A stretch of 64,000 bases of DNA from an uncultured archaeon (GCA_964347045.1 CAYFXC010000002.1:32001-96000); one strand, 5' to 3'. Shown: positions 29,236 to 40,035, counted from the first letter of the stretch. The notes: a model not told the origin generated them from the sequence alone. Numbers and translations: made by a program.

Positions 29236-29422
29236 TTACACGACGCAATTTTTTGTCAAGTCCAACATCAGGTATAGCTTTCCATATTCGAAAGCTGTGT
29301 GACCATATCGTCAACCAGCTTCGTCCATCAAAATCACTCAAAGATTGAGTATCAGAGCCTTCAATAGTAAATTGGTAGAATAAAAAAACAAAGATAGAAT
29401 TTCCATTTTAAGAGATGAAGCT

Positions 29423-31519
29423 ATGACAAAGAAATCGAGAAAGCAACCAAACCAGCTGATTGATGAAAAGAGCCCTTACCTTTTGCAACATGCCTACAAT
29501 CCTGTTAATTGGTATCCATGGGGCGAAAAAGCGTTTACGAAGGCAAAAAAGGAGAACAAGCCCATTTTTCTTTCTATTGGGTATAGTACATGCCACTGGT
29601 GCCATGTCATGGAACGTGAATCCTTTGAAAACCCTCGCATCGCGAAGCTGATGAATGATGTATTTGTGAATATCAAGGTTGACCGTGAAGAGCGCCCGGA
29701 TATAGATTCACTTTACATGTCGGTTGCTCAAATGATGACCGGAAGCGGTGGTTGGCCACTAACCATTATTATGCGTCCAGATAAGAATCCGTTTTTTGCA
29801 GCAACCTATATCCCACCGAAATCGCGGTTTGGTCGGATTGGGATGGATGAATTAATTCCGGAAATCCAACGATTATGGACTCATAATCGCAATCGATTAG
29901 ACACTATTTCGAAGAATATTCAAAATAGCCTTGAAGCATCGGCTACTGGGTCCTCTGGAGCGGAATTAAGTGAAGGCGTTTTAGAAATCGCATATGACAG
30001 ATTACGGGAACGATTTGATGAACAACATGGTGGTTTTGGATTTCGTCCCAAGTTCCCATCACCGCATAATCTTTTATTTTTGCTCCGTTACTGGAAGCGA
30101 ACGCGAAATCCTGAAGCACTTCGGATGGTTGAAAAAACCTTACAGTCATTGCGGTTGGGCGGCATCTTTGATCATATAGGATTTGGTTTTCATCGCTATT
30201 CAACGGATTCAAAGTGGCTCCTACCTCACTTTGAAAAAATGCTTTATGATCAAGCCATGTTAACATTGGCATATGTTGAAGCCTTCCAGGCAACACGAAA
30301 GGGTGAATATGCTCAAACTGCTCGAGAGATACTTACCTATGTACTCCGTGACATGACGAGTCCAGCAGGAGGTTTCTATTCAGCGGAGGATGCAGATAGT
30401 GAAGGAGAGGAAGGTAAATTCTATGTTTGGTCTGAACAAGAAGTTCGAAATGTGTTATCAAAGAAGGAAGCGAAAAAATTTCTTAGTGTGTTTAATTTTG
30501 AATCGCAAGGAAACTTTCTGGAAGAGGCAACAGGAAAGCGTATGGGCACAAATATACCACATCTAGCGCGATCCATCTCCAAAGAAGCCGTAGCAGAGAA
30601 ACTGACAATAAAAGCATTAACAAATCTATTAGAGGGTGCTCGACAAAAGCTCTTTACTGTTCGAGAAAAGCGGATTCATCCCCATAAAGATGACAAGATA
30701 CTTGTCGACTGGAATGGCCTAATGATTGCCGCGTTGGCCAAAGCAGGTAGAATTCTTGGAGAACCAAAATATACGAAAGCCGCAAAACATGCCGCTAATT
30801 TTGTTTTCCAAGAAATGTATAAGGATGGACGTCTTTTGCACCGATTTCGGGATGGAGAAGCAGTAATTCCAGCCTTTCTAGATGATTATGCATTCATGAT
30901 TTGGGGTTTACTTGAACTATACGAAACAACTCTTACACCTGAATATCTAGCAAAAGCCATTGCATTAAATGAAATATTACTCTCTCATTTTTGGGATGAT
31001 AAGAACGGTGGATTCTTCTTCACCGCTGACGACGCGGAAAGGTTGCTTGTTCGGAAAAAAGATGCATACGATGGTGCTATTCCCTCTGGAAATTCAGTGG
31101 CAATGCTGAATCTACTACGGTTGAGCCGAATTACGGCGGATGCCGATTTAGAATCCAAAGCGGCAAAAACCGGACAGGCGTTTTCCAGTAATGTTCTCGG
31201 GGCTCCAGTAGGATTCACCCAGATGATTAGTGCTGTTGATTTTGCGGTTGGTCCAACCTTTGAAATAGTCTTAATTGGAGATCGAACAGCCCCTGACACT
31301 CTTACTATGATTCAAGCAATTACTAATCGATTTATACCAAACAAAGTGCTACTGCTAGTTCCTGAAAAAGATGAAGAACAAATAACTCAGCTTGCCCCCT
31401 TTACTAGGGAGTATACACGAATTAATGGGAAGACAACAGTCTACGTGTGTAGTAATCATCAATGCCAACTACCAACCACTGAAATTAAAAAAATGCTAAA
31501 ACAACTGAAAGAAACTTAG
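29423..31519 (+). CDS. YyaL/SSP411 (DUF255) thioredoxin-domain protein
   Basis: [38 protein letters not shown]. Confidence 0.95.
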   Translation: MTKKSRKQPNQLIDEKSPYLLQHAYNPVNWYPWGEKAFTKAKKENKPIFLSIGYSTCHWCHVMERESFENPRIAKLMNDVFVNIKVDREERPDIDSLYMSVAQMMTGSGGWPLTIIMRPDKNPFFAATYIPPKSRFGRIGMDELIPEIQRLWTHNRNRLDTISKNIQNSLEASATGSSGAELSEGVLEIAYDRLRERFDEQHGGFGFRPKFPSPHNLLFLLRYWKRTRNPEALRMVEKTLQSLRLGGIFDHIGFGFHRYSTDSKWLLPHFEKMLYDQAMLTLAYVEAFQATRKGEYAQTAREILTYVLRDMTSPAGGFYSAEDADSEGEEGKFYVWSEQEVRNVLSKKEAKKFLSVFNFESQGNFLEEATGKRMGTNIPHLARSISKEAVAEKLTIKALTNLLEGARQKLFTVREKRIHPHKDDKILVDWNGLMIAALAKAGRILGEPKYTKAAKHAANFVFQEMYKDGRLLHRFRDGEAVIPAFLDDYAFMIWGLLELYETTLTPEYLAKAIALNEILLSHFWDDKNGGFFFTADDAERLLVRKKDAYDGAIPSGNSVAMLNLLRLSRITADADLESKAAKTGQAFSSNVLGAPVGFTQMISAVDFAVGPTFEIVLIGDRTAPDTLTMIQAITNRFIPNKVLLLVPEKDEEQITQLAPFTREYTRINGKTTVYVCSNHQCQLPTTEIKKMLKQLKET

Positions 31520-31533
31520 CGAGACTAGAATGT

Positions 31534-31854
31534 TTATGGCCTCTGCACTTTCATACAAAGGAAGGTTGGTTTGGTTGAAACTTTTTCATAGTCTTCAGGA
31601 TTGACTTTTTGAAACTCTCTTAGGGGTTGAGCTTCCAGGACTTTTTTGATTTGGAACCCAGCTTCAATTAAAGGTTCAAAGATCGATGGGAGAGAACGGT
31701 GGTAAAAAGGAACAATAACTGGTTCACCGAAACCAGTCCAAAGCCACTCGACCCGTTGTGTTTCAAAATAGTTCTTTCCTACTCGCATTAGTGAGGGATC
31801 ATATGGATGAACTGTGGAAAAAACAACTGTACCACCGGGTTTAAGGATGCGGTA
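31534..31854 (-). pseudogene. C-terminal fragment of a class I SAM-dependent methyltransferase
   Basis: Frame extends upstream of the called ATG as YRILKPGGTVVFSTVHP; the N-terminal GxG motif is absent; the fragment abuts the cbiQ fragment. Confidence 0.75.
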
Positions 31855-32430
31855 ATAGTTATAATTCCCTGGCTTTTTATCACGCCTGGTATTCCTCTAT
31901 TCATCTATTCGATTGGTCCTTGGATAATCTCGATTTCAATTGAAGGACTTCATCGAACGGCAATATTCACAATGAGAATTTGGACTTGTCTTGCCGCTCT
32001 AAGCTTGTTGACACTTTCTACACGCTTTTCTGTGCTCCTTCATGGAATGCAACGCCTTCAAGTGCCAAGTCTTTTCATAGCATTGACGGCATTAACTTAT
32101 CGTTACATCTTCTTATTTTCTGATGAAGCATACCGAATGGGTCTTGCTAGAGAAGCACGTACAGTAAAAAAAGAACGTATAGTCCGTCTTCGAACTTGGC
32201 GTACAATTTCGAGTATGATCGGTACCTTGTTTATTCGTGCATACGAACGGGGAGAAAAAGTCTACCAAACTATGTTAGCCCGAGGATTTTCGGGAAAATT
32301 CCATTTAGTAACACATTTGAAAATGGAATTGAAGGATTATGCATTTGCAATTAGCCTATTGTTAATTGCTGTTATGATATATTTTACACCACTCTTTGCA
32401 CCCTTTACAGTTGTTGGAGGTTGGTTTTGA
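31852..32430 (+). pseudogene. 5'-truncated ECF transporter T component (CbiQ/NikQ-like)
   Basis: IPWLFITPG, LTYRYIFL, EAR, LFIRAYERGEKVYQTMLARGF. N-terminal helices are missing. Confidence 0.78.
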
Positions 32431-33283
32431 AAATGGTTCATTGTGCAGTAGATTTGAAAAATATTCAGTATCAGTACCCAGACGGCCACCTTGCCCTAGA
32501 AGATATTAATTTTCAAGTAGGTTTACATGAACGCGCAGTCATACTCGGGGCGAATGGAGCAGGGAAATCAACATTGCCTTCAGTGATGTGTGGCATCATT
32601 GAAGCTAACTAAGGATCTATTAAAATTCTTGATCAAGAACTTACATCAAAAAACGTGCGTGAACTCAGAGCCTCAATTGGTCTTGTCTTTCAGGAGCCAG
32701 ACAACCAGCTCTTTATGCCCACTCTTTGGGAAGATGTTGCGTTTGGCCCTTTGAACATGGGGCTTTCTGAAGTAGAGGTAAATACACGTGTTGATGAAGC
32801 ACTACAAGTGGTAGGTCTTCCACACCTCAAAGAAAACCCCCCCCCCACCATCTAAGCGTGGGAGAAAAGATGCGAGCAGCCATTGCCACCGTCTTAGCAA
32901 TGCGTCCAAAGATCCTTGTCTTTGATGAACCAACCGCCCATTTGGATCCACGAAGTCGCGATGAATTTGTGAAATTCTTGTCCAAACTTCACTCTGAAGG
33001 CGATTTAACTATTATTACAGCGACTCATGATGTGAACATTGTGCCACGACTTGCAGAACGAGCATATGTACTAAGTGAGGGAAGATTTATTGGAGCAGGT
33101 TCTGTTTCCGAAATTTTCTCTAATTTATCAGTCTTAGACCAAGCCAACCTTGAACCACCTATTCTTGCACAGCTATTCCAAAAAACCCGTGAATATTCTG
33201 AAAGGATGAGCGAAGAACCGTTGCCAATGACTTTGACAGAGGCAGCGTCTCTTATTAGAAAATATTACAATTTGCTTCGTTAG
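32421..33283 (+). pseudogene. ECF transporter ATPase (CbiO-like) pseudogene
   Basis: GANGAGKST; in-frame TAA at 32610-32612; VFQEPDNQLF; frameshift in the C10 tract at 32837-32846; then LSVGEK and FDEPT. Confidence 0.88.
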
Positions 33284-33378
33284 TCTTCAACCACGAAAGA
33301 TCAAATAAAGCGATTAGTTCCTTTGAAGAAACCAAACGGTATAGAGGATGTAAATTAATTTCGAACACATTCGTAGTT

Positions 33379-33567
33379 TTAGCAGTCATTAGGAACATCA
33401 ATTGGGTTAACCACTAAAAAATGAAAACCGTGATCTTCAGGTTCTTTGATTAATGTCCTAATTGAAGCACCACAAATTGTACAGACTTCAACATAGTCAG
33501 GGAATTTTCTTTTGCATTGTGGGCAATAAATCAACTCTGTCACCCATAAGAAAGGCAGTAAGTTCAT
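33379..33567 (-). CDS. Small zinc-ribbon protein
   Basis: YCPQCK...CTICG. Confidence 0.5.
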   Translation of the reverse strand: MNLLPFLWVTELIYCPQCKRKFPDYVEVCTICGASIRTLIKEPEDHGFHFLVVNPIDVPNDC

Positions 33568-33672
33568 CCCTAAAAACTTCGGTGAACCGCTACGCTAAGA
33601 AAATTGCAAATTGATAAGTAAACCTACGAGAAATTTAGGAACTAGAGTTCAGTTATTACAAATATGGACGAT

Positions 33673-33960
33673 TTATGAAATACATTTCATGATAGTGATT
33701 TTCTTGCCAAACTCAGTAACTATGTCAGGAAGCACCTCTGCAACACCAATACCCGAGTCTTGGACACGTCCACTATGATTAGACACATAAAAACCATAGA
33801 CTCCGGTATCCAAGACTTTGGCGGCTCCTTTAGGGACATGATTTCCTTGAAAAAGACCGGTAAGTTGATCGCATTAACGATTTCTTTTAACTCCTTGGTA
33901 CTCTCGGAGCTCAAGTGATACTAATTGGGCGACCACTTGCTCGAACGGCCTTAGCCGGCG
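33673..33960 (-). pseudogene. Remnant of an FMN-dependent alpha-hydroxy-acid oxidase
   Basis: LKEIVNAINLPVFFKEIMS, then a 1-nt frameshift, then AAKVLDTGVYGFYVSNHSGRVQDSGIGVAEVLPDI (family motif SNHGGR). Truncated at both ends. Confidence 0.7.
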
Positions 33961-34101
33961 GCAACCGCAGTGAAGTTGTATCTTGATTATGTTAAAAGAC
34001 TTTTACATCGTGCCATGATAATGACAGGCTGTAACTCACTCAAAGATGTGAACAGATGAATCCTCTAAACAGAATAAATCAAGTCGTCGAAATAAGAATT
34101 G

Positions 34102-34899
34102 TTAAATTCCCAGATAATCGCCGTAGACAAATTGTCGTTGAAACCATGCGACAATGGCGTCCATTGTTACTTCAAAGGCGACAGGGTTGGAGAGGCTATG
34201 ATTGGCTCCGGGAACAATAACCAATTCTTTCGGATCTTTAGCGGCATTGAAGAACCGAGTTACACCAGCAAGATCAATTTCTTTGTCAACATCTCCAGTA
34301 ATGACCAAAAGTGGTTTAGGCGCCAGTTTCTGGATTTCATTTATAGGATTGATTTTTTTCGCATCTTGAATCATACGTTCAACTAGCCCATGACGCCATT
34401 TCGGGTCAGTAAGACCAATAACTTCATCTGGTGCTGTACGAAGAAGCTCTTCAATGCCTGCAGGAACCAAGGGCGATTTGGCAAAAGCTAGAGTATCATA
34501 GACGGGCGCTCGAAGAGCCAACGATGTGATTAACGGATTTCTTATTGTTTCTCTCACAGCAGCGGCTGCACCAAAACTTGCTGCAAAAATCCCAATAAAT
34601 TCGGGTGAAACAAATTCTGATTCGATGAAATGGGTGATTGCTGCTTTGGCATCATAAATTTCACCAGCGAGACTGAATCGTCCCTCACTAGACCGAAACC
34701 CTCGAAAATCGAAGGTGAGGACAACGAATCCTGCTTTGGCAAGCCGTGTAGCGATTCCACTTACTTGGTCAGAGGCGCCAGGGAACCCATGAAATTTACA
34801 GATACCTGCAAATACCCCTTCTTTATCTGGAAGGACAAAGTTTCCTCGAACTGCTTCACCTTCAGAAAAGAACTCTGTGGGAACAACACGAATCTTCAC
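34102..34899 (-). CDS. Alpha/beta hydrolase
   Basis: FHGFPG, FDFRGFRSSEG, nucleophile AASFG, GDVD, GANH. Confidence 0.88.
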   Translation of the reverse strand: MKIRVVPTEFFSEGEAVRGNFVLPDKEGVFAGICKFHGFPGASDQVSGIATRLAKAGFVVLTFDFRGFRSSEGRFSLAGEIYDAKAAITHFIESEFVSPEFIGIFAASFGAAAAVRETIRNPLITSLALRAPVYDTLAFAKSPLVPAGIEELLRTAPDEVIGLTDPKWRHGLVERMIQDAKKINPINEIQKLAPKPLLVITGDVDKEIDLAGVTRFFNAAKDPKELVIVPGANHSLSNPVAFEVTMDAIVAWFQRQFVYGDYLGI

Positions 34900-34972
34900 G
34901 TGCTAACACTCGTGGGTAAAATGTCTTTCAACCATAAACGGTTTGTGGATGATGAAAAATGAGAAAGAAACC

Positions 34973-35007
34973 AACCAGAAGTGAGATCTGGTTAAAAGAT
35001 TTTTAAG
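34973..35007 (+). promoter_or_regulatory. Inverted repeat adjacent to BRE/TATA upstream of korA
   Basis: AACCAGA-N7-TCTGGTT directly followed by AAAAGATTTTTAAG. Confidence 0.45.
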
Positions 35008-35062
35008 AATTGGCAAAGAGTTTTGAACCGAAAAAACTTGTTATCAAACTGGAGCGAACCAG

Positions 35063-36817
35063 ATGAGTCTGACAACTGAAGTATCAATTTTGATTGGTGG
35101 TGAAGCTGGTGCAGGAATCTCTGCGGCTGGAATTTCACTAGGAAAAGTCTTCATGCGTGGAGGATTACATGTTTTTGGAACCGTGGATTATCCTTCCCTG
35201 ATTCGTGGTGGTCACAACTTCTACATGGTCCGTGCTAGTACGGACCCCGTGTATAACCACTGGGATACGCATGATCTCATTATTGCTCTCGATGCAAATA
35301 CGATTCAGCGCCATTGGAAAGAGCTGAAACCTGGCGGAGGCATCATCTACGATGGAGATGAAATTCCTGCTGAAAGTCCTGATCTCCCAAAAACGATCCA
35401 GAATCTATATTCAATTCCCCTCAAAACGATTGTCAAGGAAGTTCAAGGTCGAAAGGTTGTTCGTAATACCGTTGCTTTGGGTGCCGCACTCGGAATTTTA
35501 GGCTATAACATTAACATCTTGGAAGAGATGCTTCGGGATTTCTTCATTAGCAAAGGGGAAAAAGTTGTCAACATGAATGTGAATGCGGCCCGTGCGGGAT
35601 TTAACTACGCCCAAAAGCATTTTACTCAGAAGCTAAAGCAAAAGCTTGTACCTACCAAAGAGATTCAGAAAGATCGAATTTTTATTACAGGAAATGAAGC
35701 AGTTGCACTGGGTGCCATTGCTGCAGGCTGCAAATTTTATGCAGCGTATCCCATGACGCCGGCTTCACCTGTACTTCATTTTCTTGTCGCCCAAGCAGAA
35801 CGCTTTGGGATAGTGGTTATTCAAGCGGAAAGTGAAATTGCGGCCATCAATATGGCTGTGGGTGCGTCATATACCGGTGTTCGGGCGATGACTGGTACTT
35901 CCGGTGGAGGATTTTGCTTAATGACTGAAACTCTAGGCATGGCTGGTATGACCGAAACACCATTAGTGATTATGCTCGGGCAACGAACCGGACCTAGCAC
36001 AGGTCTTCCCACATACACAGCTCAAGGCGACCTGCGATTTGCGGTTCACGCTTCGCATGGTGAATTTCCTCGAGTGGTTATTGCCCCGGGTGACGTTGAT
36101 GAGTGTTACGAGTTCACAATTGAGGCCTTCAATCTCGCCGATGAATTCCAAATCCCTGTTATCCTGTTAACTGACAAGCATCTCATTGAAAGCTCCACAT
36201 CCACTAAACCGTTCATAATTGACGGCGTGGAGATTAATCGTGGTAAGCTCCTTCCCCTGTCGCCGTATTCTGAAAAAGAACCCTATTTGCGACACAAGTT
36301 GACCTCAGATGGGATTTCCCCACGTCTGATACCCGGGACCCCGGGTGCGTTAATCCATACAGATTCCGCCGTACACAAAGAAAGTGGATTTCAGGGGGAT
36401 GATTGCGAAATTACCATAAGAATGGCAGATAAACGGTTTGACAAATTGCCGAAGCTTCTGAAACGACTCAAGAAGCAACCTCTTGTTAAAATCTATGGAC
36501 CCAAAAGTGCTGACATTACCCTTGTTGGCTGGGGATCTACCAAAGGAGTCGCTCTCGAAGTGCTTCGCATCCTTAGGAAAGAGAACATCAAAGCCAATTT
36601 TTTACAAGTCGTTTATCTTAGCCCCTTTCCAACGGAGGAGGTAAAATTGGCATTAAAGGGTCAGACCTCGATTTTGATTGAGGGAAACCAAACTGCCCAA
36701 CTTGGAAGCCTAATAAAAGAACATACCGGTATCGAAATACCACGGATGGTATTACGTTATGATGGCAGGGCATTTAATCCACTTCAACTCAGCCGACAAA
36801 TCAAGGAGGAACTCTAA
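35063..36817 (+). CDS. korA: 2-oxoacid:ferredoxin oxidoreductase alpha subunit (gamma-alpha fusion)
   Basis: GGEAGAG, YPSLIRGGHN, YPMTPAS, ESEIAA, TSGGGF, RTGPSTGLPT. Confidence 0.93.
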   Translation: MSLTTEVSILIGGEAGAGISAAGISLGKVFMRGGLHVFGTVDYPSLIRGGHNFYMVRASTDPVYNHWDTHDLIIALDANTIQRHWKELKPGGGIIYDGDEIPAESPDLPKTIQNLYSIPLKTIVKEVQGRKVVRNTVALGAALGILGYNINILEEMLRDFFISKGEKVVNMNVNAARAGFNYAQKHFTQKLKQKLVPTKEIQKDRIFITGNEAVALGAIAAGCKFYAAYPMTPASPVLHFLVAQAERFGIVVIQAESEIAAINMAVGASYTGVRAMTGTSGGGFCLMTETLGMAGMTETPLVIMLGQRTGPSTGLPTYTAQGDLRFAVHASHGEFPRVVIAPGDVDECYEFTIEAFNLADEFQIPVILLTDKHLIESSTSTKPFIIDGVEINRGKLLPLSPYSEKEPYLRHKLTSDGISPRLIPGTPGALIHTDSAVHKESGFQGDDCEITIRMADKRFDKLPKLLKRLKKQPLVKIYGPKSADITLVGWGSTKGVALEVLRILRKENIKANFLQVVYLSPFPTEEVKLALKGQTSILIEGNQTAQLGSLIKEHTGIEIPRMVLRYDGRAFNPLQLSRQIKEEL

Positions 36818-36840
36818 AACAAGGATGGATGTGAGGACAT

Positions 36841-37206
36841 TTGGCACGATTTCGATGCATGGTCTGTAATTGGGTGTATGATGAGAATGAACAAGGTATG
36901 AGGTTTGTTGATGTGGATGCCAAGACTTTCCATTGTCCTGTCTGTGGCGCACCGAAATCTGCGTTCGTTCCTGAAGGTATTACAAAGGGTGCTGAAGACA
37001 TCGGAACAACTGTTGCGGATAAAATCGTAAAGCAATTGGAAGCTTTAGGCATAAAATACATTTATGGCAGTCTTGGTGATTCAAACCTCCCGTTGATTGA
37101 TGACTTTCGACGCAGTAAACAAATCCGATTCATTCTAGCCCGACACGAAGAAACCGCTGCATTCATGGCAGCAGCAACAAAACGATTAGAAAGGAATGAA
37201 AAATGA
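36841..37206 (+). CDS. Rubredoxin domain fused to a truncated TPP-enzyme N-terminus
   Basis: CMVCNWVYD...CPVCGAPKSAF, then TVADKIVKQL...GDSNLP...RHEETAAFMA, then an abrupt end. Confidence 0.8.
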   Translation: MARFRCMVCNWVYDENEQGMRFVDVDAKTFHCPVCGAPKSAFVPEGITKGAEDIGTTVADKIVKQLEALGIKYIYGSLGDSNLPLIDDFRRSKQIRFILARHEETAAFMAAATKRLERNEK

Positions 37207-38069
37207 TGGAGAAACCAACTCGAGAAAACATCAAAACTCAAGAACCCAATACTTGGTGCCCAGGCTGTGGCAATTTTGGCATCTTAAGAGCTCTGCATAC
37301 CGCCATTGTTGATCTAGGCATTCCACGCGAACAAGTTATACTTGTCACGGGAATTGGCTGCCACGGAAAAATCTCCAACTACATCAACATCAACGGATTC
37401 CATGGCATCCACGGACGTGTTCTACCAGTTATGGCTGGAATAAAGATGGCAAACCATGACCTTACCATTATTGGTCACGCTGGTGATGGTGACCAATATG
37501 ACGAAGGACTTGGACACTTCCCACATGCAGCACGTCGCAACATCGATGTTAAATTATTCACTCATAATAACAAAGTCTTTGGACTCACCACGGGACAAAT
37601 TTCACCCACAAGTATCAAAGGTTTTATTAGCAAAACCACACCGCATGGAGCCTTTCCCCCGCGCATCGAACCGCTGAAAATCGCTTTAGCCAGTAATGCT
37701 ACCTTCGTTGCCCGTGGTTGGGTTGGCGATGTTGGACACCTCAAAGAACTCATGAAAGCTGCTATCCAACACAAGGGGTTTGCCCTCGTCGATATGCTTC
37801 AGGTTTGTGTTGTTTGGAATCTAGTCCAAGATTACAAGTTTTATCGTGAACGTGTCTACAAACTCGAGGAACAAGGCCATGACCCTTCAGACTATTTTTC
37901 CGCAATGAAACGAGCCGAAGAATGGGGCGACAAGATTCCTATCGGCATCTTCTATCAAGCAGACCGACCAGTCTATCGGAGTTCCTTTCCCCAACTTACA
38001 AAAACTCCGCTTGTAAAGCAGCCCCTCAAAGTAAAAGGTTTCACTGACTTTCTCCAAGAGTTCACCTAA
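37203..38069 (+). CDS. korB: 2-oxoacid:ferredoxin oxidoreductase beta subunit
   Basis: WCPGCG, GIGC, HGR, GDGD, NNKVFGLTTGQ. Confidence 0.93.
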   Translation: MMEKPTRENIKTQEPNTWCPGCGNFGILRALHTAIVDLGIPREQVILVTGIGCHGKISNYININGFHGIHGRVLPVMAGIKMANHDLTIIGHAGDGDQYDEGLGHFPHAARRNIDVKLFTHNNKVFGLTTGQISPTSIKGFISKTTPHGAFPPRIEPLKIALASNATFVARGWVGDVGHLKELMKAAIQHKGFALVDMLQVCVVWNLVQDYKFYRERVYKLEEQGHDPSDYFSAMKRAEEWGDKIPIGIFYQADRPVYRSSFPQLTKTPLVKQPLKVKGFTDFLQEFT

Positions 38070-38271
38070 ATCTGACGGGCTTTGAACTAGTTTTACAGAG
38101 CTTTAAAGACAATTTTGTTGCAGAAACCCATTGCTTAGATTTGAGCTCTATGTGTTTTGTGTCCCTATCATCGAAGAAAGTGATATCGACTCACGGACCA
38201 ACTAATTGTAGCACTGCATATTGTTCTGGAGTATCAGCCATGAAAAGAAAAATAGAGCCTACTAGCATGAG

Positions 38272-38712
38272 CTAGACAGGCTTGATGAAGTAAGCTAGGT
38301 TCCCGTTTTCTAGTTCTTGAGGTTCAACTTTGACTTTCATTCCCACTTTGGGTTTGCTTTTTAGTCCCTTCATATGTGCAGCGAGGCGGAGTTCGTCTTC
38401 GAACTCAATCACGCCAACTACGTAGGGAACATTGGTTTGTTTGGCGATGCCATCTGGAGCAAAGTGGACAATCGACCAAGTGTAGAGGGTGCCTTCAGGG
38501 TTCACTTCAAACCACTCAAGATCAGCTCCGCCGCATGGACAAGTAAACCTGGGTGGCATAAATTTTTTTCCGCAACTTTTGCATTTGGTTGCTAAGAACT
38601 TACCCTCTTCAAGGCCTCCGATGAATTTTCGGAATTCAGCTGTCATCCGCTGTCGGTTCTTCACATCTGATGAAAGCTCAACAACGAAACCAATTTCACG
38701 TTCACTCATCAC
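38272..38712 (-). CDS. DUF35 Zn-ribbon/OB-fold thiolase partner
   Basis: CKSCG..FMPPR..CPCG, GTLYTWS, PYVVG; downstream of the thiolase. Confidence 0.92.
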   Translation of the reverse strand: MMSEREIGFVVELSSDVKNRQRMTAEFRKFIGGLEEGKFLATKCKSCGKKFMPPRFTCPCGGADLEWFEVNPEGTLYTWSIVHFAPDGIAKQTNVPYVVGVIEFEDELRLAAHMKGLKSKPKVGMKVKVEPQELENGNLAYFIKPV

Positions 38713-38720
38713 AGTTCACC

Positions 38721-39932
38721 TTAGCGTTCCAAAATAAACACGTTCACAAATTGCCCGTGTTGACCCACATTATGGGTGAGGGCGACTTCAACGTCGGGGA
38801 CTTGGCGTGGCTTCTCAGCTGTGCCAAATGCTTGTTTGTAAGCATCGACGACTTGACCGATACCAGTCGCACCTAGCGGATGACCTTTTGATTTAAGACC
38901 TCCATCCACATTGGTTGGCACACCTGGTCCATCAATATATGCTCCACGTTCTGCAGACCATTCACCGCCTTTTCCGCGTTCACAAAAACCGAGGTCTTCG
39001 TAAGCCATGATTTCAGCAATACTAAAGCAATCATGGACATAGGCAACATCGATATCCTTAACGGTTTTTCCGCTTTGTTTGTAAGCCATCGCGCCAGCAC
39101 GAACATTACCCGCGATATTGGTCAGATTTGGTCGATCTGTAATTCGGAATGTGTCGGATGATGTGCCGATACCGGTAATCCAGAGGGGTTCACTGGACAT
39201 TTTTTTGGCTTTTTCTTCATTAGCCATGATGACGGTTGCTGCCCCATCGCTGATGAGACAACAGTCATACAATCGTAAGGGCATTGCAATGGGAATTGAC
39301 TCACTAGCATCTTCAATTGTGATTTGGCGACGTAGTTGGGCGTTCTTATTATAGTAGCCATAATAATGGCTTTTAACGGGAACCGATGACAGTTGTTCTC
39401 GGGTAAGATCATCAACAGCCATCTTTCGAGCTGCATAAAGTGAATAAAATGTGGGAAAACTAATCCCGTAGATATACTCCCAGCGGTGGTCACCCGCTAC
39501 TGACATGAGTTCTGTTGCGTAGGCTGAACTTAGCCAAGTCATGGTTTCCACGCCGATGGCGGCCACGACATCGAATTGCCCAGATGCAATTTGAGCCCAG
39601 GCACTGCGGATAGCGGTGGAGCCGGTAGCGCATGCTGTTTCTACGCGCATTGTTGGCTTACCAATTATTCCGACTTCGTCTGCTACGAGGGCTGCTCCGG
39701 CGCCTTGACCGGCAAAGGCTTCGGCGGCGATGCCAACGACACTTGCTTCGACATCATCGTTTGTAATACCAGCGTGTTCGAGGGCAGGGAAGTAGGATTC
39801 GTGGGCAAGTTCCCGGAAGGTGACTGCAGGGTAAGTAGCTTTTTCGCCTTCTATGTCCTCATTGATGACCTTGCCGCGTTTGCCAAATTTGCTATGGCCG
39901 ATGCCTACAATGGCGACTTTTGGAATTACCAC
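38721..39932 (-). CDS. Archaeal (SCP2-type) thiolase / acetyl-CoA acetyltransferase
   Basis: RVETACATG, DCCLISDGA, VHDCF, GGLKSKGHPLGATG, HNVG. Confidence 0.93.
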   Translation of the reverse strand: MVIPKVAIVGIGHSKFGKRGKVINEDIEGEKATYPAVTFRELAHESYFPALEHAGITNDDVEASVVGIAAEAFAGQGAGAALVADEVGIIGKPTMRVETACATGSTAIRSAWAQIASGQFDVVAAIGVETMTWLSSAYATELMSVAGDHRWEYIYGISFPTFYSLYAARKMAVDDLTREQLSSVPVKSHYYGYYNKNAQLRRQITIEDASESIPIAMPLRLYDCCLISDGAATVIMANEEKAKKMSSEPLWITGIGTSSDTFRITDRPNLTNIAGNVRAGAMAYKQSGKTVKDIDVAYVHDCFSIAEIMAYEDLGFCERGKGGEWSAERGAYIDGPGVPTNVDGGLKSKGHPLGATGIGQVVDAYKQAFGTAEKPRQVPDVEVALTHNVGQHGQFVNVFILER

Positions 39933-40035
39933 TTGTTTTTCACCTTTTTTGGGGTTCTAAGTTTGTGTTTCTATCACGAGTTTCGCTAATAGAATCTTTT
40001 CGTTTGTTCTAGAAGTTAGACTCGTTGAAGGAGTG

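Noticed and set aside
32610-32612. Stop-codon readthrough in cbiO
   Set aside because: The codon is TAA, not TGA or TAG, and the gene has a second lesion.
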